This document shows, piece after piece, positions 39,306 to 52,759 of a DNA stretch of 64,000 nt; position 1 is the stretch's first letter, and every line of letters starts with the position of its first letter. Origin of the DNA: an uncultured Planctomycetaceae bacterium. Lineage in GTDB: Bacteria > Planctomycetota > Planctomycetia > Planctomycetales > Planctomycetaceae. The notes beneath the pieces were generated by a model. That model did not search any database. It had not been told where the DNA came from and saw only the letters and a program-made list of their open reading frames with translations. Position numbers and translations under genes: made by a program. The stretch covers positions 1 through 64,000 of the forward strand of contig CAWFAK010000013.1 of NCBI GenBank assembly GCA_963813715.1, read 5' to 3'.

Positions 39306-40999
39306 CCGCCGGAACGCAATCGGGCCGGCCGGCCGCCTCGCCGCAAACGATCGACACGCCCGACCTCACCGCGCAAAACGTCGGTCCCCGCCTGGAGATT
39401 TCGAGCCGGCGGCGTTATCTCGTCCGCTTCGATCCCAAGCGGATTCCGCACCTCTTTACGGACGTGCTGGTAATCGGCGGCGGCATTGCCGGCATCCGGG
39501 CGGCTCTCGCCGTCGACCCGGCGCTCGACGTGGTCGTTGTCACCAAGGACCGCCTGCTGCAGTCCAACAGCGCGTATGCGCAGGGGGGCATCGCGGGGGT
39601 CTTCGATCCGGTCGACAACTTCGAGAGCCACGCGGCCGACACGATGGCCGCCGGCAAAGGGCTCTGCGATCCGCACATTGTCGACATGGTGGTCAGCGAG
39701 GCGCCCGACCGCATTCGCGAGCTGATTGGTTACGGCGCCCACTTCGACACGCACAACGGCGAGATCGACCTCACCCAGGAGGGGGGCCACAGTCATCGCC
39801 GCATCGTGCACGCACTCGGCGACGCGACCGGCCAGGAAGTGATGCGGGCGATGGCCGAGATGGTCCGCTCGCGGCCCAATATCCAAATCTGGGAGCAGAC
39901 CTTCACGATCGATCTGCTCACGCACGAGGCCGCCTGCCGCGGCGCGCTCGTCTGGAGCCGCAACCACGGCAAGACCTTTGTCTGGGCCAAGCAGACGGTG
40001 CTGGCCACAGGCGGCGCGGGTCGTCTCTATCGCGAAACGACCAATCCGGAAATCGCGACCGCCGACGGGCACGCCATCGGCTTTCGGGCCGGCGCCGAAG
40101 TCCGCGACATGGAGTTCGTCCAGTTCCACCCGACGGTGCTCTATATCGCCGGCAGTGCCCGGCACCTGATCTCCGAGTCGGTCCGCGGCGAGGGCGCCTA
40201 TCTCCGTGACGCGACGGGCCGCCGCTTCATGGAAGACTACGATCCTGCGCTCGAGCTGGCGCCGCGTGACGTGGTCAGCCGGTCGATCACGCTGCAGATG
40301 GCGAAGACCCGGCACCCCTGCGTCTATCTCGATTTGTCGCACTTGCCGGCCAAAGAGATCGAGGAACGGTTCCCGCACATTCGCAAGGTGTGCGCGGAGT
40401 TCGGCCTGGACTTCGCCCGCGACCTGATTCCGGTCCGCCCCGGCGCGCACTACATGATCGGCGGTCTGACGATCGACGACTACGGCCGCACGTCGCTCCG
40501 CGGGTTGTGGGCGGCCGGGGAAGTCAGCTCGAGCGGCCTGCACGGGGCCAACCGGCTCGGGTCGAACAGCCTGCTCGAGGGGTTGGTGTTCGGCCTGCGT
40601 GCGGGGGCGGGAGCCTCCGAACTGGCCCGCGCCCAGCCCGACACGTTCTTGCCCATTCCCCTGCATTCGGACTGGCCCGAGCGCCCGCAGGACGACAGCC
40701 TGGATCTCAACGACTTGCGGCACTCGCTCACCAATCTGATGGGACGCAGCGCCGGCATCGAGCGGAACGCGGACGACCTGAAGGCGGCGGCCGACCAGGT
40801 CAACTTCTGGGAACGCTACGTTTCCGACCGCGAATTCGCCGACCCCCGCGGCTGGGAGATGGAAAACATGCTTCTAGTCGCCCGCCTGGTGATCGCCGCC
40901 GCCGCCGCCCGTCGCGAAAGCCGCGGCGTCCACTTCCGTAGCGACTTCCCCGACACAGACCCGCGGCAGAACCAGCACATCGCCATCGCTGGTTCATAG
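39302..40999 (+). CDS. nadB: L-aspartate oxidase
   Basis: GGGIAG, SNSAYAQGGIA, EGGHSHRRIVH, EFVQFHPT, ELAPRDVV, GLHGANRLGSNSLLEG and ESRGVHFRSD; ATGA overlap with the SDR gene. Confidence 0.95.
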   Translation: MTAGTQSGRPAASPQTIDTPDLTAQNVGPRLEISSRRRYLVRFDPKRIPHLFTDVLVIGGGIAGIRAALAVDPALDVVVVTKDRLLQSNSAYAQGGIAGVFDPVDNFESHAADTMAAGKGLCDPHIVDMVVSEAPDRIRELIGYGAHFDTHNGEIDLTQEGGHSHRRIVHALGDATGQEVMRAMAEMVRSRPNIQIWEQTFTIDLLTHEAACRGALVWSRNHGKTFVWAKQTVLATGGAGRLYRETTNPEIATADGHAIGFRAGAEVRDMEFVQFHPTVLYIAGSARHLISESVRGEGAYLRDATGRRFMEDYDPALELAPRDVVSRSITLQMAKTRHPCVYLDLSHLPAKEIEERFPHIRKVCAEFGLDFARDLIPVRPGAHYMIGGLTIDDYGRTSLRGLWAAGEVSSSGLHGANRLGSNSLLEGLVFGLRAGAGASELARAQPDTFLPIPLHSDWPERPQDDSLDLNDLRHSLTNLMGRSAGIERNADDLKAAADQVNFWERYVSDREFADPRGWEMENMLLVARLVIAAAAARRESRGVHFRSDFPDTDPRQNQHIAIAGS

Positions 41000-41016
41000 A
41001 GACGCGCAATCGACTT

Positions 41017-41111
41017 GCCGAGCCCCCAGCGTGAGCTGGGGAGTGCTTTTCCTGTTCGTAGAGTCGACGGGGCAATTCAAAGCACCCGCCAGCTGACGCA
41101 GGCGGCTCGCC
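41017..41111. repeat. REP doublet, family B
   Basis: gccgagcccccagcgtgagctggggagtgct ... agcacccgccagctgacgcaggcggctcgcc. Confidence 0.7.
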
Positions 41112-41142
41112 GCGGTCTTGCTCCGATTCGACCACGCGCCGC

Positions 41143-41151
41143 GTGTATAAT
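41143..41151 (+). promoter_or_regulatory. Possible sigma70 -10 element
   Basis: gtgTATAAT about 40 bp upstream of the ATG at 41192 in a GC-rich context. Confidence 0.4.
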
Positions 41152-41191
41152 GCTGGCGCAGTCCGATCCTTTCGCGCGAAGGAGTGGAACC

Positions 41192-42746
41192 ATGTCGAGT
41201 CGTCGGGAATTCTTGAAGTCGTCTGCCACTGCTGGATTTGTGTTGGGGACTGGAACGTCCGGTCTGCTGAGCGCCTTGTCCCCGCGGGTGCGCGGCGAAG
41301 CCGAGGTGACGCCCGAGCTGGTGCACCTGACGCCGGACGTCGAGCCGATCGTGCGGCTCATCGAGGAGACGCCGCGCGACAAGTGCTTCGAGCTGATCGT
41401 CGGGCAGTTGCAGCAGGGACTCCCCTATCGCAACTTTTTGGCAGCCCTGTTTCTGGCCGGCGTGCGGAACGTCAGCCCGCATCCCGTCGGGTTCAAGTTC
41501 CATTGCGTGCTGGCCATGCACTCGGCCAATCAGCTGAGCCTGGATGCGGCGCCGGAGGATCGGCTGCTGCCGCTCTTCTGGTGCTCGACCAGTTCAAGAA
41601 GTCGCAGGCCGATAACGCCCGCGAAGGCAACTTCCGCATGCGGGAGTTCACGGGGACGCTGCCGTCGCCCGAGAAGGCCGCCGACGAGTTCCACGACGCG
41701 ATGCAGACCTGGGACGAAGAACGGGCCCAACGGGCGATCGCCGTTTTCGTGCGCAGCCGCGGCGCCGACGAAGTGATCGAGGCCCTGTGGCGGTACGGGG
41801 CCCGCGACTTTCGCGACATCGGCCACAAGGGGATCTTTGTCGCCAACTCCTGGCGGACCCTGCAGACGATCGGCTGGCGGCACGCCGAACCGGCCATGCG
41901 GTCACTCGTGATGGCGTTGCTCGACCCGGGCGGACGTCGCGGCTCGGGCACCGTCAGCAGCGGGCCGCGCCGGGGCTCGATGATAAAGCCCACCTGGCCA
42001 ACGCCGAACGCGCGACCGAGGTCTTGCCGAAGCTACCGGCGGGTTGGACGGGCGGCGGGAGCGACGCAGCGGCCACCGTCGACCTGCTCGAGGCGATGCG
42101 CACCGCCACGACCGAGGACGCCTGCCAAAAACTCCTGGACCAACTCCAGTCGGGCAAGACGCAGGCTCAAGGGGCCTGGGATGCCGTCCACCTGGCGGCG
42201 GGCGAGCTGATCATGGGTCAGCCGGGCATTCTTGGCATCCATGCCGTCACGTCGACCAACGCGCTGCACTTCGCGTTTCGCACGGCCGTCGATCCCCTCA
42301 CGCGGTTGCTCGTTTTGCAACACGCCGTGGCCTGGATGGGACAGTTCCGGCAGTCGATGAAGGGAGGCTCGCGCGGCGAGGTCGGCAAAGTGAAGATCAA
42401 CGAGCTGCGGCCGGCCAAGATCGATGCCGCAGAGCCCAAGGCGGCCGCCGAGACCTTCGAGCTGGTCGGAAACGATTTGTCCGGAGCGGCCGCGCGGGCG
42501 TTTGCACTGGCCCAACAGCATTCACAGCCCGAGACCTATTTCAAGCTGGCTCGCCGGCTGATCTTCCGCAAAGGGAACGACGCCCACCGCTACAAGTACG
42601 CGGCCGCCACCTTCGAGGATTACGACCTGGTATCGCCGGCCTGGAAACCGCACCTCTTGGCCACGTCCGTCTACTACCTGAACGGCTCGAACGACCCGGA
42701 TTCGAAGCTGATGACAGAGGCGATCGGCGCGGTCAAAAAAGTGTAA
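41192..42746 (+). CDS. Tat-exported helical hypothetical protein with conserved His motifs, two frameshifts
   Basis: MSSRREFLK twin-arginine signal and RBS AAGGAG; FKFHCVL, GHKGIF, GIHAVTSTNALH and DAHRYKY. Confidence 0.8.
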
Positions 42747-42851
42747 ACGCTACAAGCAAGTTTGTAGTGACCGCCCGGTCGTGCTTCGACATTCGGCGCA
42801 GCCCTCAGGGTCCGGCGGTTGACCGATGACCGGCTCGCCGACCAATCCCGG

Positions 42852-43130
42852 CTAACTGCGGGTCGAGGCGGCAGGCTGGTCCGGCTTGCCCCGCCGGCGC
42901 TTGGCGCGATCGAGGGCGCGGTCGATTATTGGACGCGCCCGCGAGAGCAGGTTGCGGGCCCACTGGAACTCGGTCGCCAGCACACCCAGGCCGAGGGGGA
43001 TAAACACAACCGCCGGGCCGGGCGTCACGATCATGATGATGCCGGCAACAAGTAGCAGACCTCCCACGACAAAGACACCGGCCCGCCAGGCCAGCCGCAG
43101 CGCCTCCCTCTGCCAAGTGTCGGATCCTCT
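42852..43130 (-). CDS. PGPGW-family small membrane protein
   Basis: VVGGLLLVAGIIMIVTPGPAVVFIPLGLGVLATEFQWAR; the start is uncertain. Confidence 0.75.
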   Translation of the reverse strand, partial: RGSDTWQREALRLAWRAGVFVVGGLLLVAGIIMIVTPGPAVVFIPLGLGVLATEFQWARNLLSRARPIIDRALDRAKRRRGKPDQPAASTRS

Positions 43131-43607
43131 CTTCGGGCCAGTGCTTGAGTACCCGAAAACCGTGGCGTCGGCCGGGCTGGTTTTATGGAGTTCCCTCCGC
43201 CCCTTTCCAGCGTTCGCCACACCGGGAATCATACGCATTCGACGCGTGTCGACGAGTTGCCCCCGCGTATGAAATTCGGAATAGCCGTCGAATGCGGCTG
43301 AGTCGCAGAGAATCCGCGCAACCTGCGTGACTTTTCCCACTAAGGCCGACGTGCGCGACCTATAATAAAGCAAATACCGTTGAGATTGGGGCGGTTTTGC
43401 GGTCAGCGCACAGTTGAGGGAGCGTGCTGATTGCACCGGCCCGGCCCACGCGATTCGATACGCTTCACCTCGTCCCGAGTCACTTCTGCACGGATGATCT
43501 GGCCGACCTAAAACCGCATTTGCGCACCATCGGGCATTGCAATTGCATGTTCCGTGACGATGCGCGCCCTTCAATGGGTTTTTCGAACAGAGGTTCGGAG
43601 AACTGGG

Positions 43608-45321
43608 ATGCGGTCTTTAGAGTCGCAACAGGAAGTGAACGGTGCGCCGGTTGAACGCGAGCGACGGTGGCTTGCCCACTATCCCGCTTGCGTCCCGCAG
43701 ACGCTCAAGTACCCCGCGATCCCCGCGTTTGGATTGCTCGAACACAGCGCCGCCGAATTTCCCGACCGCGACGCCTGCATTCACCTCGGTCACAAGCTCA
43801 CGTATCGCCAGCTGCGCGAGATGGCCCGCCGCACGGCGCATCTGCTGACGCAGTTCGGCGTGCGGCCCGGCGATCGCGTCGGCGTGCTGATGCCGAACAT
43901 GCCCGAGTTCCTGGCCGCGCTCAACGGCATTTGGATGGCCGGTGCCACGCCGGTGGCGATCAGCCCCTTGTCCGTTTCGGAAGAAATCTCGGCACTCGTG
44001 TCGACGACCGGCTGCCGCGTCGTGCTTGCGCTCGACGTGCTGGCGCCGCTCATCTGGCGGGCCAACGTCCAGCCGGAAATCACCATTCTGACGACGCTCC
44101 AGCACCGGCTGTCGGGTTGGAAGAAGTTCGCCTATCGCGCGGAAGCGCTGCGGCGATTCCTCTTTAATGTCCGCAACCGCCAAGGACGCGCGTGCTGGTT
44201 CGAGCGCGAGTTGAAAGAGGCTAACCCCAACTTCGAGCCGATTCGGCCCGCATCGCTCGACTCGCCGGCGTTCTTGCTGGCCACCGGCGGCACGACGGGG
44301 TGTCCCAAGGTCGTCGCCCTGTCGCACCACAACCTCGTCGCCAACGCCACGCAGATTCATGCGTGGGCCGGCACGCAGATGGGCAACGACTCGGTGCTGG
44401 CTGTCGTGCCGTTTTTCCATAGTTACGGCCTGTCGAGCTGTGCGCTCACCGGCGTCTCGATGGCGGCCACGATCATCATGCACCACCGCTTCGTTCCGGA
44501 GACGGTGGCCCAGCTGATCGAGCGCTACCAGCCGACCGTGATGCCGGCCGTCCCGGCGATGCTTGTGGGACTCAACGACCTGTTCGGCAAACGTCCGCTG
44601 CGGAAGAGCCTGCGATACTGCATTTCGGGCGGAGCGCCGCTCGACCAGCAGGTGGCCGCCGAATTCGCGAAGCACACGGGCGCGATCGTCGTCGAAGGCT
44701 TTGGTCTTTCCGAAGCCGGCCCGGTGACGCACGTCGGGCCGCTCGACGGCACCTCGCGGGGCGGCACGATCGGACTGCCCCTGCCCGACACCGACGTGCG
44801 GATCGTCGATCCCGACAACGGCCTGATCGACGTGCCCCGCGGACAGATCGGCGAGATGCTCATCCGGGGCCCGCAGGTGATGCTGGGTTACTGGAACGAC
44901 GACGAAGCGACCGGCCGCACGATTCGCGACGGCTGGCTCTACACGGGCGACCTGGCGGTCGAGGACGAGGACGGGTTTTTCCGCATCGTCGATCGCAAGA
45001 AGGATTCTGATCATTACCTCGGGCTTCAACGTCTATCCGAGCGAGGTTGAGCCCGTGCTCCGGCGATTCCCGGGCGTGGCCGACGTTGCCGTCATCGGCG
45101 TGCCGAACCGCGAGCGGGGCGAAATCGTCAAAGCGGTGATCGCCACCAAGCCGGGGGCGGACGTCGAGCTGCGCGAGTTGTGGATTTACTGCGATAAACA
45201 TCTGGCAAAACACAAGCGGCCGCGGGTGATCGAAATCACTGGAGGCGAGCTGCCACGAAACTTTTTGGGCAAGGTCTTCCGAAGGAAATTGCGCGAAGTC
45301 CCCGATCCCGCACAAACCTGA
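43608..45321 (+). CDS. fadD: Long-chain fatty acid--CoA ligase, frameshift near 45010
   Basis: TGGTTGCPK, VPFFHSYG, EGFGLSE, GPQVMLGYW, GWLYTGD, DRKKD and LPRNFLGKV. Confidence 0.9.
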
Positions 45322-45324
45322 GCT

Positions 45325-46437
45325 ATGGCCACCTTGATCGCCTACTGGAAGGGTTCGACGAGGCGGCGCCTGCTCCGCGGTCTCGCTGGACTTGCGGCTT
45401 GCCTGGCCCCGCTGGTGGTGCTGGCGCTCAATCCGAGCCTGGCCATCCGCGCGCTGGAATGGGGACTGTCACGCAAGCGGGCTCGCGGGCAAACAACCGC
45501 GGCCGCCACACCCCAGCCGCTCGCGACAACAGCTTACGCCGGTGCCCTTAAAACCGCGTCCACGAGCGACGCTGACGCCGATCGCGGGGAGAAGTCACTG
45601 AATACCGGCGTGCTGCACCCGGCAATTGCCGCCTCGATCGGAGCCCCACGGCTCGCAAGTCCCGCTTCCGAGACCAACCGGCAAACGCTGGCGACCGGCG
45701 GCTCCGACGAAACCAACCTCGCCGTCTTGCACCGCGTGCTCGACCTTCTGAAATCGGGCCGCGAACGGTTCGGCCGGATTCCTTCCTACAATGCGATCTT
45801 CAACAAGCGCGAGCGGATCGGCGCGGAAGTCAGCGACCTCTCGACGTTGGAGATCAAGGTGCGGCATCAGCCCTTTGCCGTCTATCTCAAGGTGCTCGAA
45901 GGCCACAGCCTGGGACGCGAAGTCCTCTACGTCGACGGCGAGAACGACGGCAGCATGCTCGTCCGCATGGGCGGCTTGAAGGGACGGCTGATCCCGGCCT
46001 TGAAGATCGATGCCACCGGCTCGATCGCCATGAACGAGTCGCGGTACCCGATCACCAAGGCGGGCATCCTCGGGCTGACCGAGTCGATGATCGCCCATCG
46101 CGAGATGGAGCTGGCCAACCAGGTCTACGCGCACGCTCGACAAGAGGCCGACGGCGTCGTCGACGGGCGGCCGTGTGCGGTGTACAGCTTTTTGTTCGAC
46201 AATGCGGAGCGCTCGCCCGACTATCGCAAGTCGATCCAGTACCTCGATCGCCAGTGGAATGTGCCGCTGCAAGTCGAGAATTACGGCTGGCCCGAGCCGG
46301 GTCAGCACCTGGAGGGCGCGGCCCTCGACGAGGGCACCCTCATCGAGTATTACAAGTACTCGAATATCGTCGCCGACGGCCATTTGACCGACGACGATTT
46401 CAGCCCGTCCAATCCCGAATATCGCTTTCGGCGGTAG
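45325..46437 (+). CDS. DUF1571 domain protein, N-terminally anchored
   Basis: YNAIFNKRERIG, KVRHQPFAVYLK, GREVLYVDGENDG, SRYPITKAG, LIEYYKY and DDDFSPSNPEYRF. Confidence 0.88.
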   Translation: MATLIAYWKGSTRRRLLRGLAGLAACLAPLVVLALNPSLAIRALEWGLSRKRARGQTTAAATPQPLATTAYAGALKTASTSDADADRGEKSLNTGVLHPAIAASIGAPRLASPASETNRQTLATGGSDETNLAVLHRVLDLLKSGRERFGRIPSYNAIFNKRERIGAEVSDLSTLEIKVRHQPFAVYLKVLEGHSLGREVLYVDGENDGSMLVRMGGLKGRLIPALKIDATGSIAMNESRYPITKAGILGLTESMIAHREMELANQVYAHARQEADGVVDGRPCAVYSFLFDNAERSPDYRKSIQYLDRQWNVPLQVENYGWPEPGQHLEGAALDEGTLIEYYKYSNIVADGHLTDDDFSPSNPEYRFRR

Positions 46438-46613
46438 CTGCGCGGCGGGCGGCGACTTGCCGGCACCCGTACAATTCCTGGCGGAAGCCCGGAAGAGCCG
46501 GGCCCCGGAGTTGGCGGTTCTTAGTTTCGGTGCCGCGCAAATCCGACTGCGGGCCAGAATCGCCGATCCGCCCGCACGGATGAGATCGCGGCTCCAACAG
46601 GAGGAACAGGACC

Positions 46614-48026
46614 ATGGATTCGCCGGTCATTGTCGGCGGCGTCCGCACGCCTTTCGTCAAAGCGGCGGGATCGTTCAACTATCTCCCCGCGCAGGAACTC
46701 GGCCGACTGGCCGTCCGCGAGCTACTCGAGCGGCTCAATCTCGAGCCCGATGCCATTGACGAGGTCATTACGGGCAACGTCGCCGGGACCGACGCGGCCA
46801 ACGTCTCCCGCGTGATCTCGCTGCGGGCCGGCATTCCCGTCGATCGCGTGGCCCACACCGTCAATCGCAACTGCGCGAGCGGTCTGGAAGCGGTGACGCA
46901 AGCGTACGAGCGGATTCGTACCGGGCAGGCGCAGGCGGTGATCGCCGTCGGCGTCGACTCGATGAGCAACATCCCCGTCATCTGGACCAAGTCGCTCACC
47001 GACGACTTTTTGGAATTCAGCCAGGCAAAGACCGTTTGGAAGCGGCTGCGGGCGCTGGCCCGCGTGCGGCCGCGCGACTTGGCCCCGGTGATCGGCATCA
47101 AGCAGGGGCTGACCGACCCGGTCTCGGGCATGATGATGGGCGACACGGCCGAAAAGCTGGCCCGCCAGTACGGCATCAGTCGCGAGGCGCAGGACCTGTT
47201 CGCGCTTCGCAGTCATCAGCGGGCGACGGCCGCGTGGAGTGAAGGCCGCCTCAAGGACGAAGTGTTTACCGTCTATCCCGAGAAGGCCAAAGGGGCCGTC
47301 GAAAAGGATATCGGCCCGCGCGACAATCAGACGTTGGAAGCCCTCGGCAAGTTGAGGCCGTTCTTCGATCGCCGTTGGGGCACCGTGACGGTCGGCAATT
47401 CGTGCCAGGTGACCGACGGCGCGGTCGCACTCTTGCTCATGACCGAGGAGCGGGCGCGGTCGCTCGGCTTGCCCCGCTTGGGACGGCTTCGTGGCTATGC
47501 CTACGCCGGCTGTGACCCGTCGGTGATGGGACTCGGACCGGTTTATTCGAGCAACAAAGTTCTCAAGTCGACCGGCGTCCACATGAATCAGCTCGATCTC
47601 GTCGAGATTAACGAAGCCTTCGCAGCGCAGGTGCTGGCCTGCCTGAAGTGCTTCGAGTCGCCGCCCGCCGCTTGCATCGGTACGGATGGAGCGTCGGCTT
47701 TGGGGCCGATCGACGAGGCGCGGCTGAACGTGAACGGCGGCGCCATTGCGCTGGGTCATCCCGTCGGAGCCAGCGGTGCGCGGCTGGTGCTGACGATCTT
47801 GAACGAGCTGGGACGCCGCAAACAGACGCTCGGCCTGGCGACGATGTGCGTCGGAGGCGGCCAGGGCGGCGCGGCGGTCGTCGAACGAATCGCGCGACTG
47901 GAATGGCTGAGTGCCCGACTGACAGCGGTGACCCCTCCGCTAAACAGACAAAAGCAGTCAACCAGGAGCCAAGATGGCCGTGATGTGGCACGCGGGCGAA
48001 CCGCAGGACGGAATTCTGTGGGTTGA
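46614..48026 (+). CDS. fadI: Acetyl-CoA C-acyltransferase (FadI-type thiolase)
   Basis: RTPFVKA, NRNCASG, NEAFAAQ, GHPVGASG and MCVGGGQG. The natural end is probably near 47890-47945. Confidence 0.9.
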   Translation: MDSPVIVGGVRTPFVKAAGSFNYLPAQELGRLAVRELLERLNLEPDAIDEVITGNVAGTDAANVSRVISLRAGIPVDRVAHTVNRNCASGLEAVTQAYERIRTGQAQAVIAVGVDSMSNIPVIWTKSLTDDFLEFSQAKTVWKRLRALARVRPRDLAPVIGIKQGLTDPVSGMMMGDTAEKLARQYGISREAQDLFALRSHQRATAAWSEGRLKDEVFTVYPEKAKGAVEKDIGPRDNQTLEALGKLRPFFDRRWGTVTVGNSCQVTDGAVALLLMTEERARSLGLPRLGRLRGYAYAGCDPSVMGLGPVYSSNKVLKSTGVHMNQLDLVEINEAFAAQVLACLKCFESPPAACIGTDGASALGPIDEARLNVNGGAIALGHPVGASGARLVLTILNELGRRKQTLGLATMCVGGGQGGAAVVERIARLEWLSARLTAVTPPLNRQKQSTRSQDGRDVARGRTAGRNSVG

Positions 48027-50117
48027 GATCAACTGGCGGGAGCGGCCCGTCAATGCGCTGTTGCGCGACACGCTCAACGAACTGTCGGAACTGATCGGTC
48101 GTATCCGTTCGGACTCGGCCATCACGGGCGTGGTCTTCAAGAGCGGCAAGTCGGGCAACTTCATCGCCGGGGCCGACGTCACCGAGTTTCAGAAGATTCG
48201 CTCGCCGGACGAGGCGCGGCAATTCGTCCTGCAGGGCCAGCACATCTTCGATGATCTGGCGTCGCTCAAAGTCCCCACCGTCGCGCTGATTTCCGGAGCC
48301 TGCCTGGGGGGCGGACTGGAGTTCGCGCTCGCCTGTCGCTGGCGAATTGCCGACTACAGCCGCAAAACGCAGATCGGCCTGCCCGAGGTGATGCTGGGCA
48401 TTGTCCCCGGCTGGGGCGGCACGCTGCGACTGCCCAAAACGGTCGGCTTTGCCGAAGCCGTGCCACTGTTGCTCACCGGCCGAGCCTTGAATGGCCGGCA
48501 AGCGGCACGCAAAGGCCTTGTGCACGACGCCGTGCCGACCGAGGGGCTGGATCACGTGGCCCGCACGCTTCTGGCGACAGGCGGACGCCACCTGCGGCCG
48601 CGGAAGGTCGGACTCGTCGGCGGATTGATCGATCGTCTCGGCCCGCTCAAAAAGCTCGTCCTTTGGCAGGCCACGAAGCAAGTCCACAAAACCACGCACG
48701 GCCACTATCCCGCGCCGTTCGAGATCATCGAGGTGCTGCGCGAAGGCATCAGCCAGTCGCCCGAGGAGCACCTGTCGCGCGTCCGCGACGCCAACGTGCG
48801 GCTCGGCCAGCTGCCGGTCACGCGGGAGCTGGTCCGACTGTTCTTCCTGAGCGAAGGAGCGAAGAAGGTTCCCGAGTCGCTCGGTGCCTCGGTCGATGCC
48901 GACACGATCGAGCACGCCGCGGTGATCGGCGCCGGCGCGATGGGGGCGGGAATCGCCCTGTTGGCGGCCCGCCGCGGTGTCTGGACGCGGCTTAAGGATA
49001 TCAACGCGGACTTTGTCGCCCGCGGGATGAAGAACGTCCGCAAGTTGATCAGCACGGACGTCAAGCGCCGCCGCATCACCGCGCTCGAAGGGACGCAGGC
49101 CCTCGATCACCTCAGCCCGACGACCGATTACCGCGGACTGAAGCAGGCAGACGTGATCGTCGAGGCGGTCGTCGAAGAGCTCGACATCAAGCACCAGGTC
49201 TTCACCGAGCTGGCCAACGCCACCGGTCCCCAGTTGCGCACTGGCGACGAACACCAGCTCGCTCACCGTCGCCGCGATTGCCGCCGGCGTGCCCGACCCG
49301 TCGCGCGTGGTCGGCCTGCACTTCTTCAATCCGCCACACCAGATGCCACTGGTCGAGGTCGTCCGTGGCCCGCAATCCGATCCGCAGATGGTCGCCAAGG
49401 CCGCCGCCCTGGCCACCCGCATCGGCAAAACGCTGGTGCTGGTGGGGGACTGCGCGGGATTTCTGGTCAATCGCATTCTGGCTCCCTACATGAACGAAGC
49501 GGGCCACCTCGTCGCGGAGGTCGACGATCCGCTCGAGATCGACCGGGCGGCCGTCGAGTTCGGCATGCCGATGGGGCCGCTGGCGCTCATCGACCTGGTC
49601 GGGCTGGCCGTCTCGAGCCACGTCTCGGAAAACTTGCGGGCGGCCTACGGCGAGCGGATGGAGCCCGCCCCGATCTGGCAAGCGCTCAAGCAGTCCCCAG
49701 AGGCGTCGAAGGCAGGCGCGCATGAAAGTTATCGAGAAGACCTGGTTCGGCAAGCGGCTGAACCCGGCCGTTCTCGCCGCGGCCAAGAATGTGGCTCGCT
49801 ACTCGGCCGGGCCGAAGGTCGTGCTCTCCCACGAGGAGATCGTGCAGCGTCTCGTCTACCCGCTCATCAACGAGGCGGCCCGCTGCCTCGACGAGAAAAT
49901 CTGCGAGAAACCCGACGACATCGACCTGGCCATGGTCTTCGGCACCGGCTTTGCGCCTTTCCGCGGCGGACCGTTACGCTATGCCGACAGCGTCGGTGTC
50001 GCCAAGATCGTGCAGGCGCTCGACACCCTGGCGACCCGGTCACCGCGCTTTACGCCATGCGATCGGCTCCGCCGCATGGCGGCCGCCAACGAACGCTTCC
50101 ACCCGGCTGATCCCTAA
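47974..50117 (+). CDS. fadJ: Fatty acid oxidation complex alpha subunit (enoyl-CoA hydratase/3-hydroxyacyl-CoA dehydrogenase), two frameshifts
   Basis: FIAGAD, CLGGGLEFALAC, GLPEVMLG, IGAGAMGAGI, VGLHFFNP, GFLVNRIL and FGTGFAPFRGGP. Confidence 0.92.
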
Positions 50118-50152
50118 CGGCTCGTGGTCCGTCGATCGCTTTCTGACAGGTA

Positions 50153-50247
50153 CGGGTGCCACGGTTGAGCTTGCTCAAACGTGCTCTTAACGGGTCAGCA
50201 ACCGGAAAGAGCACGGCTGAGCCGAAGCGTCTCAGCCGTGGCACCCG
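50153..50247. repeat. REP doublet related to family A
   Basis: cgggtgccacggttgagcttgctcaaacgtgctc ... gagcacggctgagccgaagcgtctcagccgtggcacccg. Confidence 0.75.
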
Positions 50248-50522
50248 AATTACCGGACGCCCTTACGACTCCGCGTGGGCATGTTTTCCGCTGTGAATCG
50301 CGCAGCATGCACCCGACTTTTGCGGTCGAGCCGCGAGTGTCGGCCTGCTCGCGCCCGCGGTACGCCTCGAGCTCACCCTCCCTTCTCGTCCCGCCTCACG
50401 GGTTGCATTCCCGCTCGCTTTTTCGTCTGATTTAGTCATCCGTTGAGCCGTTCCGGCTGCCGTATCGGGCGCCCGATCAAAAATTTCGCACATCCTTTTT
50501 GCATGGAGTTGAGGCACGAACC

Positions 50523-52721
<2,199 letters not shown>

Positions 52722-52759
52722 AAACCAGTCGCGGGAATGTCCGCGCCCTTTCGAGCGGC

